Positions 37,251-50,877 of a stretch of 64,000 nt of DNA are shown here, one piece after another. Each line of letters begins with the position of its first letter. The stretch's first letter is position 1. The translations under genes were made by a program, and so were the position numbers. This DNA is from Mobula hypostoma. Taxonomy: Eukaryota. The DNA is taken from assembly GCF_963921235.1 (NCBI RefSeq), contig NC_086109.1, positions 33,048,001-33,112,000 on the forward strand. The letters are read 5' to 3'. The notes under the pieces were generated by a model. It worked only from the letters and a program-made list of their open reading frames with translations, did no database searches and was not told the origin of the DNA.

Positions 37251-37526
37251 GTAAAATGATAGGGAAACACCAGACAGGATTGTGTGAGGAACGTCAGGAA
37301 GAGGAGTCAGTAGAACATGTAGGGATACAGAGAGAGATGATGAGAAATAAATTAAGGAAGTTGGGGATGCAGGAATTCACATTAAAAGGGTTGCTGGGCA
37401 TGGGTGAGAGAGCACAAGTCTGGGTATTTTTAGCGTTTTTAAGGGGTACAGGGGTTTTTTATAGAATATGATGAATAAACAGGAATAAGATACTAGTATG
37501 GTCAAAGATGGGAGGGTGAAGTGTAG

Positions 37527-37563
<37 letters not shown>

Positions 37564-37674
37564 ATTGGGTGAAGGGATTTAGAATGTATGTCTAGTGCAC
37601 ATTCTGGAGCAGAGGGTGGTGGTAATGCACCATTAAGCTGGATGCCAAGCGCTGTAAAACAAGATACAGACAGA
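37251..37674 (+). mobile_element. Nimb/I-clade LINE 3' fragment (family A)
   Basis: KMIGKHQTGLCEE..EEESVEHV...FLRGTGVFYRI* (decayed C-terminal Zn knuckle); 3' UTR ggtggtaatgcacc...gatgccaagcgctgtaaa; (caga)n tail. Confidence 0.75.
37531..37556. repeat. (GT)n microsatellite in the LINE 3' UTR
   Basis: Direct reading. Confidence 0.95.
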
Positions 37675-37687
37675 CAGCTTCTGGTTG

Positions 37688-40224
37688 GGACAGGAGTTTG
37701 GATGATAATAGCTTCATAAATTTGTTTTTCGCTCTTCAGGAATTGTAGGAAGCTGTCCAATCAGGTTCAAACACTTCTCCTGGTAGGGATGGACTGTGTT
37801 ATGAATTGCTTAAGCATTTAGATGACTCTGTATTAATAGAAATTTTAGTATTGTTTATTCAGTGTGGAAAGAAGGAAAATTACCAGTGGAATGGGAGCAT
37901 GTGGTGGTAGTTCAAGTTTTAAAGCCAGGTAAGGATGTGTCTAGTCCTAGTTTGTATTGGCCTTAAGCTTTAATGTCAGTGCTTTGTAAAACTATGGAAT
38001 GAATGGTCACCAACAGACTTGTTTATATTTTAGAAAATAAGGGACATTTTGCTGCCTATCAAAATGGTTTTAGAACTGGAACAATGGAATCTGTTGCCCT
38101 TTTAGATCATGATATTAAAAAAGCATTTCAAAATAGAGAAGTAATGGTAAGTGTATTTCTAGATATTGAAAGAGCATATGACTCACTATGGAAGGATCGC
38201 TTATTAATTAAACTCTATGATGTGGGAATTAGAGGTAGAATGTTTAATAGGATCAAAGATTTCCTTAAGGAAAGGACAATTCAAGTTAGAATAGATGGAA
38301 CAAGCTCAAAGTCAGTTAAAGTAAGTAATGGTACTCCTCAAGGAAGTGTCATTAGTCCAATTCTTTTTAATGTCATGATAAATGATATCTTTGATCAGGT
38401 AGGGACAGGATTTGGCAAATTGTTTGCAAACGATGGTGCAATCTGGAAAAGAGGAAGAAACATCAAGTATATATTAAGGCAGGTACAAAAGGCTTTAAGA
38501 TCAGTTGAAAACTGGGCTAATAAATGGGGTTTCAGGATTTCTGCTTCTAAGTCCAAATAGAAGAAAGATTCCTGATTGTGAATTGTGTCTATATGATTCT
38601 CCACTAGAAAGAGTCAAGGTATTCAAGTTTTTAGGTGTCTGGTTTGATGAAAGAATTACTTGGACGGTTCATATAGATAAAACAATTGGAAAGTGTGAGA
38701 AAGTTTTAAATGTTATGAGAAGTATTGCTGGATGAGACTGGGGAGCAGGGTGGGAAACTATGTACTTAAGATATCTAGCTATGATTAGATCAGTTATAGA
38801 TTATGGTTGTATTGTTTATGGTTCCGCTGCTACGCAGTGCTTGGAAAACTAGACACTGTGCAGTCCAAAGCACTTAGACTCTGTTGTGGAGCTTTTAGAA
38901 CAACATCAGTTCCGGCATTATGTGTGGAGATGGGAGAAGTGCCTCTACATTTAAGATGAATTCAGTTGGGCCTGCAGTATTGGGTAAAACTAAATGGATT
39001 TAATCACAGCTGTCCATCAAAGTGTCTTTTGCAGGGGAAGTCAGAGTGCCGAAGTAAAATTAAAAGATACCCATTTTTAGATTTGGTTAATAATTGGGCT
39101 GTGAAATTGAAACTGACTGAGGAAGACATAGTTGGCCAAATTTGCTTGCCACTGGTCCCTTTTTGGCTCTTTCCAGAACCAGAAGTAGACCTATTCCTCC
39201 TTTTTCAGCTTAAAGGAAGCAGTGCAATTTCATCAGTGTTGATCACAAATGAATATTTAAATAATAAATGGAGATCTTATCTGAAGGTTTTTACTGATGG
39301 CTCAGTGGACCCAGAGGGCAGGATTTGGGATGTATGTGTCTCAACTTGGAGTTAAAATTGGTCACCGGGTTTCAGATGGTGTTTCTGTCTTTGCAGCAGA
39401 ATTACTAGCAATCCTCTGGGCCTTATGGTGGATAGAAGACTCTCAACCACGTAGGGTTATCATCTGTTCGGATTCTGCTGCTGCCTTAGAGTCTATAAAA
39501 GGGAGTAAATCAAAAGCTCATCCTGACATAGTTATTGAGATTTACTTAGTGTTGTTTAGAGTAGGGAAGATGAGTTGTGCAGTTAGATTTTCATGGATAC
39601 CTGGGCATGCTGGGGTGGAGGAAAATGAAATTGTGGATGGCATTGCAAAGTCTTTCTTACAGAGCAGGCAAGTAGAAATTAGAGTTCCCCTATGCAGAGC
39701 AGAATTGAGAAGTAGGTTTAAAAAAGGTATAGAGAAGTGGCAGGAGGATTGGAAAAATGAATTAAGGGGCAGGCATTATTTTTCTAGTCACCCACTAGTT
39801 AAAAAGGTCTCGGACTGTTACCTTTTAAGTCGCAGAGATATGGTGAAATTTACAAGACTTGGGTTGGGGCATTGTGGGCTAAGCTATTATTTAAAGATAA
39901 TAGGAAAACATCCTAGTGGATTATGTGACTGTGATAGTCCAGAGACAGTCCAGCATGTTTTGCTGAGCTGTAATCGATACAAAATTGAAAGAAGTATGTT
40001 GTTCAAGAGGCTATCTGGCTTAAATTTATTTTCGTTTTCTATTAAATCTTTCTTTGGCCATCAAGAGAAGCAACATCTGATTGAAGAGTCTATCATTCAG
40101 TTTATACGTGAGACTAAGTTGTAGTCGAGAATTTGAGTTCCTTGAAGTTCTGTAATTAATTATACATCCTGCGGCGGGCTGTAATATGCCTAGATGTGTC
40201 TAAACAGCTGGAAATAGAAGAAGA
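37688..40224 (+). mobile_element. Nimb/I-clade LINE, 5'-truncated (family B; RT + RNase H + Zn knuckle)
   Basis: VFLDIERAYD, GTPQGSVISPILFN, VFTDGS, SVFAAELLAI, ICSDS, WIPGHAGV..NE..D, KIIGKHPSGLCDCDSPETVQHVLLSC; (gaa)n tail. Confidence 0.92.
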
Positions 40225-40448
40225 AGCCTCTGGTTGCTGGATTGTCCCCTCCCCCCCTCCCTCCCTTCCCTCTCCCCCCCCCCGTCAAGTTCAATTGCTG
40301 GAGCAAGATAAAGAATTGCCTATCGTTATTTTGAACTGTCTCTGTGTCCACGCCTTCACAAGTAGGTCTGGCTGTTTGCTGCTACCTAGTGTTGGGAACT
40401 GTCTGTGTCCATGCCTTCGGTAGGTAGGTCCAGCCATCTGCCGCTGCC

Positions 40449-42619
40449 TTAGCTAAGATAGACTGGCAAATGACACTTAAAGGATTGACGGTGGATATGC
40501 AATGGCAAGCATTTAAAGGTTGCATGGATGAACTACAACAATTGTTCATCCCAGTTTGGCAAAAGAATAAATCAAGGAAGGTAGTGCACCCGTGGCTGAC
40601 AAGAGAAATTAGGGATAGTATCAATTCCAAAGAAGAAGCATACAAATTAGCCAGAGAAAGTGGCTCACCTGAGGACTGGGAGAAATTCAGAGTTCAGCAG
40701 AGGAGGACAAAGGGCTTAATTAGGAAGGGGAAAAAAGATTATGAGAGAAAACTGGCAGGGAACTTAAAAACGGACTGTAAAAGCTTTTATAGATATGTAA
40801 AAAGGAAAAGACCGGTAAAGACAAATGTAGGTCCCCTGCAGACAGAAACAGGTGAATTGATTATGGGGGGCAAGAACATGGCAGACCAATTGAATAATTA
40901 CTTTGGTTCTGTCTTCACTAAGGAGGACATAAATAATCTTCCAGAAATAGTAAGGGACAGAGGGTCCAGTGAGATGGAGGAACTGAGCGAAATACAAGTT
41001 AGTAGGGAAGTGGTGTTAGGTAACTTGAAGGGATTGAAGGCAGATAAATCCCCAGGGCCAGATGGTCTGCATCCTAGAGTGCTTAAGGAAGTAGCCCAAG
41101 AAATAGTGGATGCATTAGTGATAATTTTTCAAAACTCGTTAGATTCTGGACTAGTTCCTGAGGATTGGAGGGTGGCTAATGTAACCCCACTTTTTAAAAA
41201 AGGAGGGAGAGAGAAACCGGGGAATTATAGACCGGTTAGCCTAACGTCGGTGGTGGGGAAACTGCTGGAGTCAGTTATCAAGGATGTGATAACAGCACAT
41301 TTGGAAAGCGGTGAAATGATCGGACAAAGTCAGCATGGATTTGTGAAAGGAAAATCATGTCTGACGAATCTCATAGAATTTTTTGAGGATGTAACTAGTA
41401 GAGTGGATAGGGGAGAACCAGTGGATGTGGTATATTTGGATTTTCAAAAGGCTTTTGACAAGGTCCCACACAGGAGATTAGTGTGCAAACTTAAAGCACA
41501 CGGTATTGGGGGTAAGGTATTGGTGTGGGTGGAGAATTGGTTAGCAGACAGGAAGCAAAGAGTGGAAATAAACGGGACCTTTTCAGAATGGCAGGCGGTG
41601 ACTAGTGGGGTACCGCAAGGCTCAGTGCTGGGACCCCAGTTGTTTACAATATATATTAATGACTTGGATGAGGGAATTAAATGCAGCATCTCCAAGTTTG
41701 CGGATGACACGAAGCTGGGTGGCAGTGTTAGCAGTGAGGAGGATGCAGGGTGACTTGGATAGGTTGGGTGAGTGGGCAAATTCATGGGAGATGCAATTTA
41801 ATGTGGATAAATGTGAAGTTATCCACTTTGGTGGCAAAAATAGGAAAACAGATTATTATCTGAATGGTGGCCGATTAGAAAAAGGGGAGGTGCAACGAGA
41901 CCTGGGTGTCATTATACACCAGTCATTGAAAGTGGGCATACAGGTACAGCAGGCGGTGAAAAAGGCGAATGGTATGCTGGCATTTATAGCGAGAGGATTC
42001 GAGTACAGGAGCAGGGAGGTACTACTGCAGTTGTACAAGTCCTTGGTGAGACCACACCTGGAGTATTGTGTGCAGTTTTGGTCCCCTAATCTGAGGAAAG
42101 ACATCTTTGCCATAGAGGGAGTACAAAGAAGGTTCACCAGATTGATTCCTGGGATGGCAGGACTTTCATATGAAGAAAGACTGGATGAACTTGGCTTGTA
42201 CTCGTTGGAATTTGGAAGATTGAGGGGGGATCTGATTGAAACATATAAGATCCTAAAGGAATTGGACAGGCTAGATGCAGGAAGATTGTTCCCGATGTTG
42301 GGGAAGTCCAGAATGAGGGGCCACCATTTGAGGATAGAGGGGAAGCCTTTTAGGACCGAGATTAGGAAAAACTTCTTCACACAGAGAGTGGTGAATCTGT
42401 GGAATTCTCTGCCACAGGAAACAGTTGAGGCCAGTTCATTGGCTATATGTAAGAGGGAGTTAGATATGGCCCTTGTGGCTACAGGGGTCAGGGGGTATGG
42501 AGGGAAGGCTGGGGCGGGGTTCTGAGTTGGATGATCAGCCATGATCATAATAAATGGCGGTGCAGGCTCGAAGGGCCGAATGGCCTACTCCTGCACCTAT
42601 TTTCTATGTTTCTATGTTT
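40449..42619 (+). mobile_element. Young 5'-truncated CR1 with one frameshift
   Basis: ORFs 40470-41753 and 41605-42525 together cover the RT; (ttctatgt)n tail. Confidence 0.97.
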
Positions 42620-44359
42620 GTGTTGAGAACCGTCTTGTCGTATTCTGCATTCTGTGTAATGAGTCCCGGCCCTACGTCCTGTACCCAAGGAGGGGTCCCG
42701 GCTCTGTGTTCCATGTTCCTGTCTCTCCCTCGACCTAGTCAAAGCTTCGGGGTCTTGTCCAGTCCTAGCCACGATCCGCGAACCTTGTCCTGTCCAAGCC
42801 ATGGCTTTGTGTTCTCGTCTTGTCCATGTCTTGTCCAGCCCTGTCCAGCCCTGTCCTGTTGCCCCTCCTCATCCTGTAGCCATGTCTTGTCTTCACCTAG
42901 TTCTGGAGTCCAAGCCCGAGTCAAGTCCCATGTTCTGGGTCCTTGCCCAGTCTCTGGCTCGGAGTCCATACCCAAGCCCCACCACGTCCTCGCCTCGATC
43001 TGGGGTACGAGCCTGAGTCAAGACCCAGATTCTGGGTCCTAGTCCAGTCTCCGGATCAGAGTCCTAGCCCAGACTCCTAGTTCTAAGTTCTATGTCCTGG
43101 TTCCACTATCCTAGTCAAAAGTCCTAACCCAGGCTCTGTATCCTTGTCTCGTCCAGGGCCTGTGTCATGTCCAGCATCCTTTCTTCCCCACTTCCCTTGC
43201 TTTCTTGACTAACCTAGTCCTGCTCCTAGTACTTCAGTGTCTGTGTCTTGCATTTGGGTCCACCTTCCAGTTCCCCCCCCCCGCTTATGACAACAGGGGG
43301 AGGAACAGCCAGTGCTTCTGCCACATCCGGAGGTGTGTTGACATGCTCATGATACCAGGGGAATGGCAGTGGAATCCTCCAAATCTTGGTGGGCCAGTTT
43401 AAGGCTATCTACCAAAATACATTCAGATTTACCCCTCCTATCTATGATTGAAGTCTTTTCTCTTCATTCCAAAATGCAGATCAGGCCATCGTAAGGGGGC
43501 CTAGGGGGATGTTGGTGTGTGTCATGGTGGACGAAAACAAACGAGGCAGAATGTAGGTCAACAGGAGCCCAAGAGTGCAGTACGCCATGATGGGAGGTAG
43601 GAATAGGTGCAAAGGGATTGAATTTACTGAGGAGGGTGGAACACTGAGGATAAACAGGCAGTTGTAACATCAGGAGTAAAATCACCTGGCACTCGTAACG
43701 CTGCCCGTATGCCAACTCAGCCGTGGACGACTGTAGTTCCTCGTTTGGTGCCAGTCTGTGCAGATGGGGTGACAAACCAAACAACCCAAGTGTTGATGAA
43801 TGCCTGAGCCACATCTGTGACCGTCGTCAATGCTGGAGGGTTGACCTCTGGCCACGTGGCAGTATGGTCCGCCATGGTAAGGAGGCGTGTGACACCATGG
43901 GTGGGGGGTGGTTTGGGGGAAGAGGAACAACCAGGCCCATATTGACAAGGTCAAACCATTGCTCAGGGATGTTAAAAGGCGTCAATTGTGTCTGAACATG
44001 ACGGTTAATTTTCGCCCAATAGCACTCAACACAGGCTGTACTCCAATCACGCATGCCCTTTCTAACATCCTGCCACACAACCAGTTTCTGTGAGGCCTTC
44101 CACCCTAGTTGTGAGAGGCTGTGAATGCAGTTATAAACAGACCACCTCCAGTTTGTGGTCACAATGGGACAAGAGTGAGTGGTTGAGACATTGCACAGGA
44201 GAGAAACCCCATCTTCCCCATACTTAATGTCAGCCAACCGCAGGCCCGTGACTGCAGTTCAGTAAGCCTGGACTTCAAGTCAGTAACTTGGTCAGCTACC
44301 ATGCCAGCACAGTCAGCCCCCATGTGTACGGCCTCGATCACTGGCCATGAGAAGCAATC

Positions 44360-44881
44360 GTGGAAGGATTCTAATCCACCTACGGTCTTTTATTGGCTTT
44401 CCTCCATTACATCCTGTTTAAGTTTAGAGAAAATAAGAAGATGGACACTTGATACATCCCTTAAATTTGAACAAATCTGGTGACCTTTTATTCAATATTT
44501 TCATTTAATTTGATTTATTACTGTTCCAATTTTTTTCGAAGTTTTAGATTTGATTAGAAAATCTTTCTTTTGTTTTGGTCGTATCCTCAGAATGGACTGC
44601 CCAGTCCCTTTTTTTTTGTCTTTGTTTTGTATAGTGTAGTGGTTTTCTTTTCTTCATTTAAAATTCAAAGTTTTTTCTTTCCTCTATGAACTGATAAGAG
44701 GAGAATTGCTGTTTTCTTTTTTATTATATTATATACTAGCTTAACACTACATATGATTTTGATAATGTCTATCTCAATCTCGGTTTGTATTGTTATAGAT
44801 ATATATTTATTTGAGATAATTCTCTTGTTTGTATTTATGTTCCTTTTAAATCAATAAAAAGATTAATAAAGAAAGAAGAAA
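44360..44881 (+). mobile_element. L1 3' fragment with 11-bp TSD
   Basis: WKDSNPPT...CLSLEKIR ORF2 C-terminus; aataaa and A-rich tail; TSD gagaagcaatc at 44349-44359 and 44882-44892. Confidence 0.9.
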
Positions 44882-45240
44882 GAGAAGCAATCAGCTACAG
44901 CATCGTTCTTCCTCTTGATACAGTATGTTGTACATCAGTTGTGAATTCTGATATGTAGGCCAGGTGGAGATGCTGCCTGCAGACCAAGTCTGATATTTTG
45001 GCCATCGTGTGCACAAAGGGTTTGTGATCAATGAACGCTGTGGAATGGCGACCCTCGAGTAGAAAGCAAAAGTGGCGGAAAGCCAGATAGAGACCAAGAA
45101 GCTCACGGTCAGCCATGCTGTGCTTCCTTTTGGGGAGACGGAGCTGCCGGCTGAAGAAGGCAAGTGGCTGCCACAAGCTTCTGACCAACTGTTTAGTGCA
45201 CAGAACCCACAGCAGACTGAAGAGCATCATTAGTAATGTA

Positions 45241-48200
45241 ATGGACTTCCGCCTGTAGCGCAATGGAGTAACACACAAATTCTTTTGAACCCAGCAATGG
45301 AAAGGGAAAAACTTCAAAAGCAAAATCAGAAGATATGCCTGTCTGGGCTGAGCGTTTGGAACGTGCATTGATGGGTCTCGACAACAGAATGGACAATAAC
45401 ACTTCTGAGTTGAAGTCATTCCGACAGAGTTTACAGACTATTGAGGAAAACATTCTTTCCTTGAATACTGAGTTTGAAGAATTGAAACGTCAGATTGCAG
45501 ATATTTCAACCCGATTGGAACAATGCAAAAGTGTCGAAATAACATTCGTATTTTGGGCCTTCGGGAAGGGCCTGAAACTGGGAATTTATTGGATTATTTT
45601 GCCAATCTGTTTCAATCTCTGTTTCCAGATATTTTATCTCAGCCTTCCGATATTGAAAGAGCTCACAGAATTTTTACTTTGTCAGGTGAAACTCGACCAA
45701 TTTTAGTCAACTTTCTTCGCTTTAAAGTTAAAGACCAAATCAAAAAATGTGCAAGAAAACAAAGTTTATGAAGATTATCCACGGGAAGTTATGGAACAAC
45801 GGATCAAATTCATACCGGTCATGAAAATCGCTTACGAAAAAACACATTTTCCATCCTTGAGATGTCCAGCGAGACTAAAGATATTTCCTAAAGATTCTAC
45901 CCCTCGTGTCGTCTTGGATCCCCAAACGGCATTGGATTTTGTCAACTCTATTGTGGAATCAGCTGATGTATGAAGGATATTAGAGACTCTGAATAATTCT
46001 CCGAAAGAAAACAGGTTTTGAAGATTTCGGTATGCTGAAGATATCTTTTGATCGATGGATTACTTAAAGAAAAGGTGGTCTTCTTCGTTTGACTAAAGAA
46101 TGACTTTTTTTGAAGACTGTTTAGTATACGGAGTGAATTAATACAGCGGATAGATTGTGAACTGGTTTGATTATATGTTTCTATTTTTCTTAATTTCTTT
46201 ATTAATTAAGTGATAGTTTGCTTGTAGTTAGATTTATTTATACTATGGAGTGTTTAGTAATAGATAATTAGCTTTATTTCTTTTGTTAAAGAAGGTAGTA
46301 AGTTAAAGAATAATAGCGCTGCTTTTCTCTCTTTAGAGATTAAACTGTTTGGGTTAATAGTGTTGTTTTGGTGACTTTGGAGACTGTCTTTGCATTCCTT
46401 TAGCTCATTTTCAATGATTAAGTATAAACACTTTTTCTTTGCTGGGCTTTCTTATCTTAAGGTTACGTATTTTCTTTGTAAGGGGGAGGGGGGAATTGGG
46501 AGAAAAAACTTTTAATCATTATTTAAATTGAGCGGCATGCGGAAGTCCATTCTTACGTCTTTTTCTTGGGGATGCGTTCCAGTTTTTTCTCTTTCGCCAG
46601 ATTTCCTTCTTTGGGGATGGTGGGAGGTTTGGGGGTATTTTTGAATTTTGGGGTTTATTGTGGGATTTTTTTTTCACATACTTTTTGTATTTTTCTCCCC
46701 CCATTATGGAGTTCCGGAACATGTGCGTTTTCTATTCGGTTATATTCATCACCGCCATCTTTGATTAGCCCGCGATGGTATGCATGTATTGTGTTTAAGA
46801 ATAATATCCAATGGTACTTAAACAGATAAACGTTATTAGTTGGAATGTACGTGGCTGGAATCACCCTATTAAGCGAAGGAAGACATTTAAAGTTATTAAT
46901 CGATTCCAGCCCAATATAATTTTTGCTCAGGAAACGCATATCAGAACAGGCGACCAAAATAGATTTTTTAAAACATGGAAGGGCCTTCAATACCATGCTA
47001 CTTGTCAAAATAAAACAAAGGAAGTAATCTATTTTTATTAAATCTAATATTTTATTTATTCAGGAAGACATTGTTTCAGATAATAATGGTAGATTTTTAA
47101 TTATTAAAGGAACAATTTGTAATAGAAAAATTGTTCTGGTTAAATCTATACGGACCTAATGTAGATCCTTTTTTTAAAAATGCATTTGGTTTATTACCAG
47201 ACTTAAATGAATATATGCTGCTGATGGGAGGTGACTTCAACTGTTGTTTAAACCCTTTGATTGACAAAAGTTCAACCAATCAGCAGCTTCCGAGTTGTTC
47301 AGCAACGCTTATTAATTCCTTTCTAACTGATCATGGTTTGATAGAAATCTGGAGAAATTTGCATCCTAATGACAGAGATTATTCTTTTTATTCACATGTT
47401 CATAATAAATATTCGAGAATTGATTATTTTATAGCTGATTTCTGTCCAAAGTCCAGAAATGTGAATATGATGCTATTGCAGTCTCGGACCATGCGCCTTT
47501 AAGCTTAACTTTTGAGTTAAATGATGTTAGTTATGTAAACTTGCCTTGGTGCTTTCCAGAAAATTTATTACAAAGTTCGGACTTTGTTAAATTTATAGAG
47601 ATTCAGATAAAAAAAATTTTCTTTTTAATAATACGGGAGATGTTTCGAAATTGATTATATAGGATACACTCAAAGCATATTTGCGAGGTCAGGTAATATC
47701 TTATTTGGCTAAACTTAAGAAACAGACAAAAACAGAGTTGGATAGAATTTCCAAACTAATTAAAAATCTGGATAATACTTATGCAGTTTCTCCTAATGTT
47801 GATTTATTTAAACAAAGGCTTGAACTTCAATCACAATATAATTTACTATTAACTTATCCTATTGAAAGAAATTTGCTTAAATTAAAAAGTCAATCTTGTA
47901 TGTTTGGAGATAAAAGTAACAAGCTATCTGCATCTCAACTTAAAGCAGTTAGAGCCAGAAGACAAATTTTAAAAATTCGTAAGGGAGATGGTAGTTTAGC
48001 TTGTGATTATGAAGATATTAATAAAATTTTTCAAGACTATTACAGTGAACTCTATAAATCTGTTTCCAGCTGACCCTTCTAATATGTATGCCTTTTTACA
48101 AAAGATTGATTTTCCTAGAATATCTGTTGAAGATCAGCATATTCTTGATGCTCTTTTTACTGAAAGAGAAATTCAGAAAGCTATTCTTTCAATACAATCT

Positions 48201-50877
48201 GGTAAAGCTCCTGGATTGGATGGTTTTACTGTCTGATTTTATAAAAAAATTTGAACATTTGCTTACTCCTTGTATGTTGGAAATGCTTAAAGATTCTTTT
48301 CTGTTAGAGTTACCTTCCACATTTTATGAAGCTTCTATTTCTTTAATTCTTAAGAAAGATAAAGATCCTACTGATTGTGCTTTGTATAGACCTATTTCAT
48401 TATTAAATGTGGATGCCAAAATTCTTTCAAAAATAATGGCTATCGGATGTAGAATATACTAGCTAAAATTATTTCTCAGGATCAAACTGGTTTTATAAAA
48501 GGCCGTTATTCTTTTTCTAATACTTGGAGATTGTTAAATATTAGATACTCATCCCTCTCTAAGACTCCCCAATGTGTTGTTTCTCTAGATGCTGAAAAGG
48601 CATTCAATAGAATTGAATGGAAATATCTATTTAAAGTTTTAGAGAAATTTAGCTTTGGTACTAATTTTAATAAATGGATTAGATTGATATATAAAAGCCC
48701 TATTGCCACTGTTATTACTAATAACTGTAGATCCCCCTTTTTCCAACTCCCCTGGGGTACGAGGCAAGGATGTCTGTTATTTAATTTGATATTGGAATCC
48801 TTGGCTATTGCACCTCATGAAGCTAAAAATATTCAAGGAATTTCTATAAATTGGACTATTCATAAGATCTCCCTTTATGCGGATGATCTTTTGGTTTATG
48901 TTTCGAATCCCGAAGAATCTATTCCTAGCTTATTGAAATTATTAAATGAATTTGGATTGTTTTCAGGATATAATTGAAACCTGCATAAAAGTGAATTATT
49001 TCCTTTAAATGATTTTGCTTCTATATATGATAATATTCCTTTAAAAGTTACGGATTCTTTTAAATATTTAGGTATTATCATCACTAAAAATTATGGAGAC
49101 CTTTATAGAGCTAATTTAGTTCCCTTAGTGGATTTTATGAAGCAATTTTTTTCTAGATGGAATCCACTTACACTTTCGTTAGTAGGTCAAATTCATGCAG
49201 TTAAAATGATGATTTTACCAAAACTTTTATATGTATTTCAAAACATTCCCATTTTTCTAACTAAGAAGTTTTTTGATCAGGTTGACTCTATTACTTCATC
49301 TTTTGTTTGGAATAATAAAAGACCAAGAATTGGAAAATGTCATTTACAAAAATTAAAGGATGGAGGTCTTACTTTGCCTAATTTAAGAATGTATTATTGG
49401 GCGGTTAATATATGTTATGCGTGTTCTTGGTTATATTGGACCGATTAAAAAGGAACGACCATCTTAGGTTGATTTGGAATTGAAAATTGTGAAACAATTT
49501 CATTTAACTTTGTTATTAGGAGCTCCTTTACCTGTACAATTAGCCAAAATTTCTATTCTAAATATAAATCCTATGATTAATCAATCATTACACATTTGGT
49601 ACCTGTTTTGTAAGTTTTTTAATCTTAAAAAATTTAACCTTTTTAGTTTAATTTATCAAAACTATTTATTTAAACCTTCACTTAGTGATCCAACCTTTTC
49701 TCTTTGGGGTAATAAACTTGGACTTGTTTCAAGAAGGCCGATTGATATCCTTTGAGAAATTAGTAACTAAATACTCTCTCTCATATTCACATTTTTTGCA
49801 ATATCTTCAGGTCAGACATTTCTTACAAGAATATTTAAGTAATTTTCCATATATACAAGACTCTGACCTGTTAGACATTATTTTAAAAAGAACCCTTTAG
49901 TGAAAGGTTTTATTGGGAAAATTTATAAATTACTATTACAGCAGGATAATTATCCTTAAGATTAAACAAGATTGGGAAAGAGAGCTTAATATGATCTTGA
50001 TAACAGAGGATTGGTTGCGAATTAATTCTTCTTCGATTTGTGCCAGTCATTCTCTAATTCAATTTAAAATTGTACATCGTTATTATTTGACGAAGCAGAG
50101 ATTGTCTAAAATATTTCCTAATGTAAATAGTCAGTGTGATGGGTGCAAAACTGAGATAGCTCCCTGACACATATGTTTTGGTCGTGTTCTGTGTTGAAAC
50201 AATTTTGGAAATCTAATTTTTCTACAATCTCTAAAGCTTTAAAAATTAATTTACAACCTAATAAATTGACAGTTTTTGGTATAATTCCTCAACATATTCA
50301 CGATATTTCTATAACTCACCAATACGTAATTGCATTTGTCATATTATTGGCTAGAAGGGCTATTTTATTAAAATGGAAAGATGCCTCTGCTCCCACTTTG
50401 ATACAATGGTTCTCTCAGGTGATGTTATGTCTTAGTTTGGAAAAAATTAGAAGTTGAACTTTTGATCCTAAATTTGACTTTGAGAAAAGGTGGGGTTCTT
50501 TTGCCTGTTATTATCATTTGACTTGAGTTAATACAGATGGTCCTTTTCTGATGCTTGGTTATATGGATTTGGTTGGCGGTTTGCTGTCTTTTTTTTTGGA
50601 AGCTTGTATGGCGCATAGATCCAGGTTTGTGCTCCAAGTGTTTTTTTCCTTTTTTTTTAGTTATTAGGGGTTTTCTCTGTTTTAGTTAGTAGGGGTTCTT
50701 TTTTTCTTTTTTCTATTTTTTTAAAAAAAAATTTTAATACTTTGATTATTATTGATATACTGTTTAGCCTGGTTGATAGTTTAACTCTTACTCTACATAT
50801 GGATATGTTACCTTGATTATTTTGATGTATTTTTCTCTGTTGATTTTCAATAATTAATAAAAAGATTTAAAAAGAAA
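45241..50877 (+). mobile_element. Nearly full-length decayed L1 (ORF1 + ORF2)
   Basis: 5' ggacttccg start; ORF1 coiled coil, RNNIRILGL.EG.E, IERAHR (45297-45973); ORF2 ISWNVRG, AQETH, GGDFN, SLDAEKAF, SLYADDLL (46811-50457, many frameshifts); imperfect TSD agtaatgta/agtagtgta. Confidence 0.93.

Larger units (their letters stand above)
37093..43292 (+). mobile_element. Solo LTR (about 1 kb once inserts are removed) with 5-bp TSD
   Basis: Termini TGTCAT...ATGACA; TSD acagg at 37088-37092 and 43293-43297; own sequence 37093-37250, 40237-40448 and 42620-43292; orientation is inferred. Confidence 0.85.
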
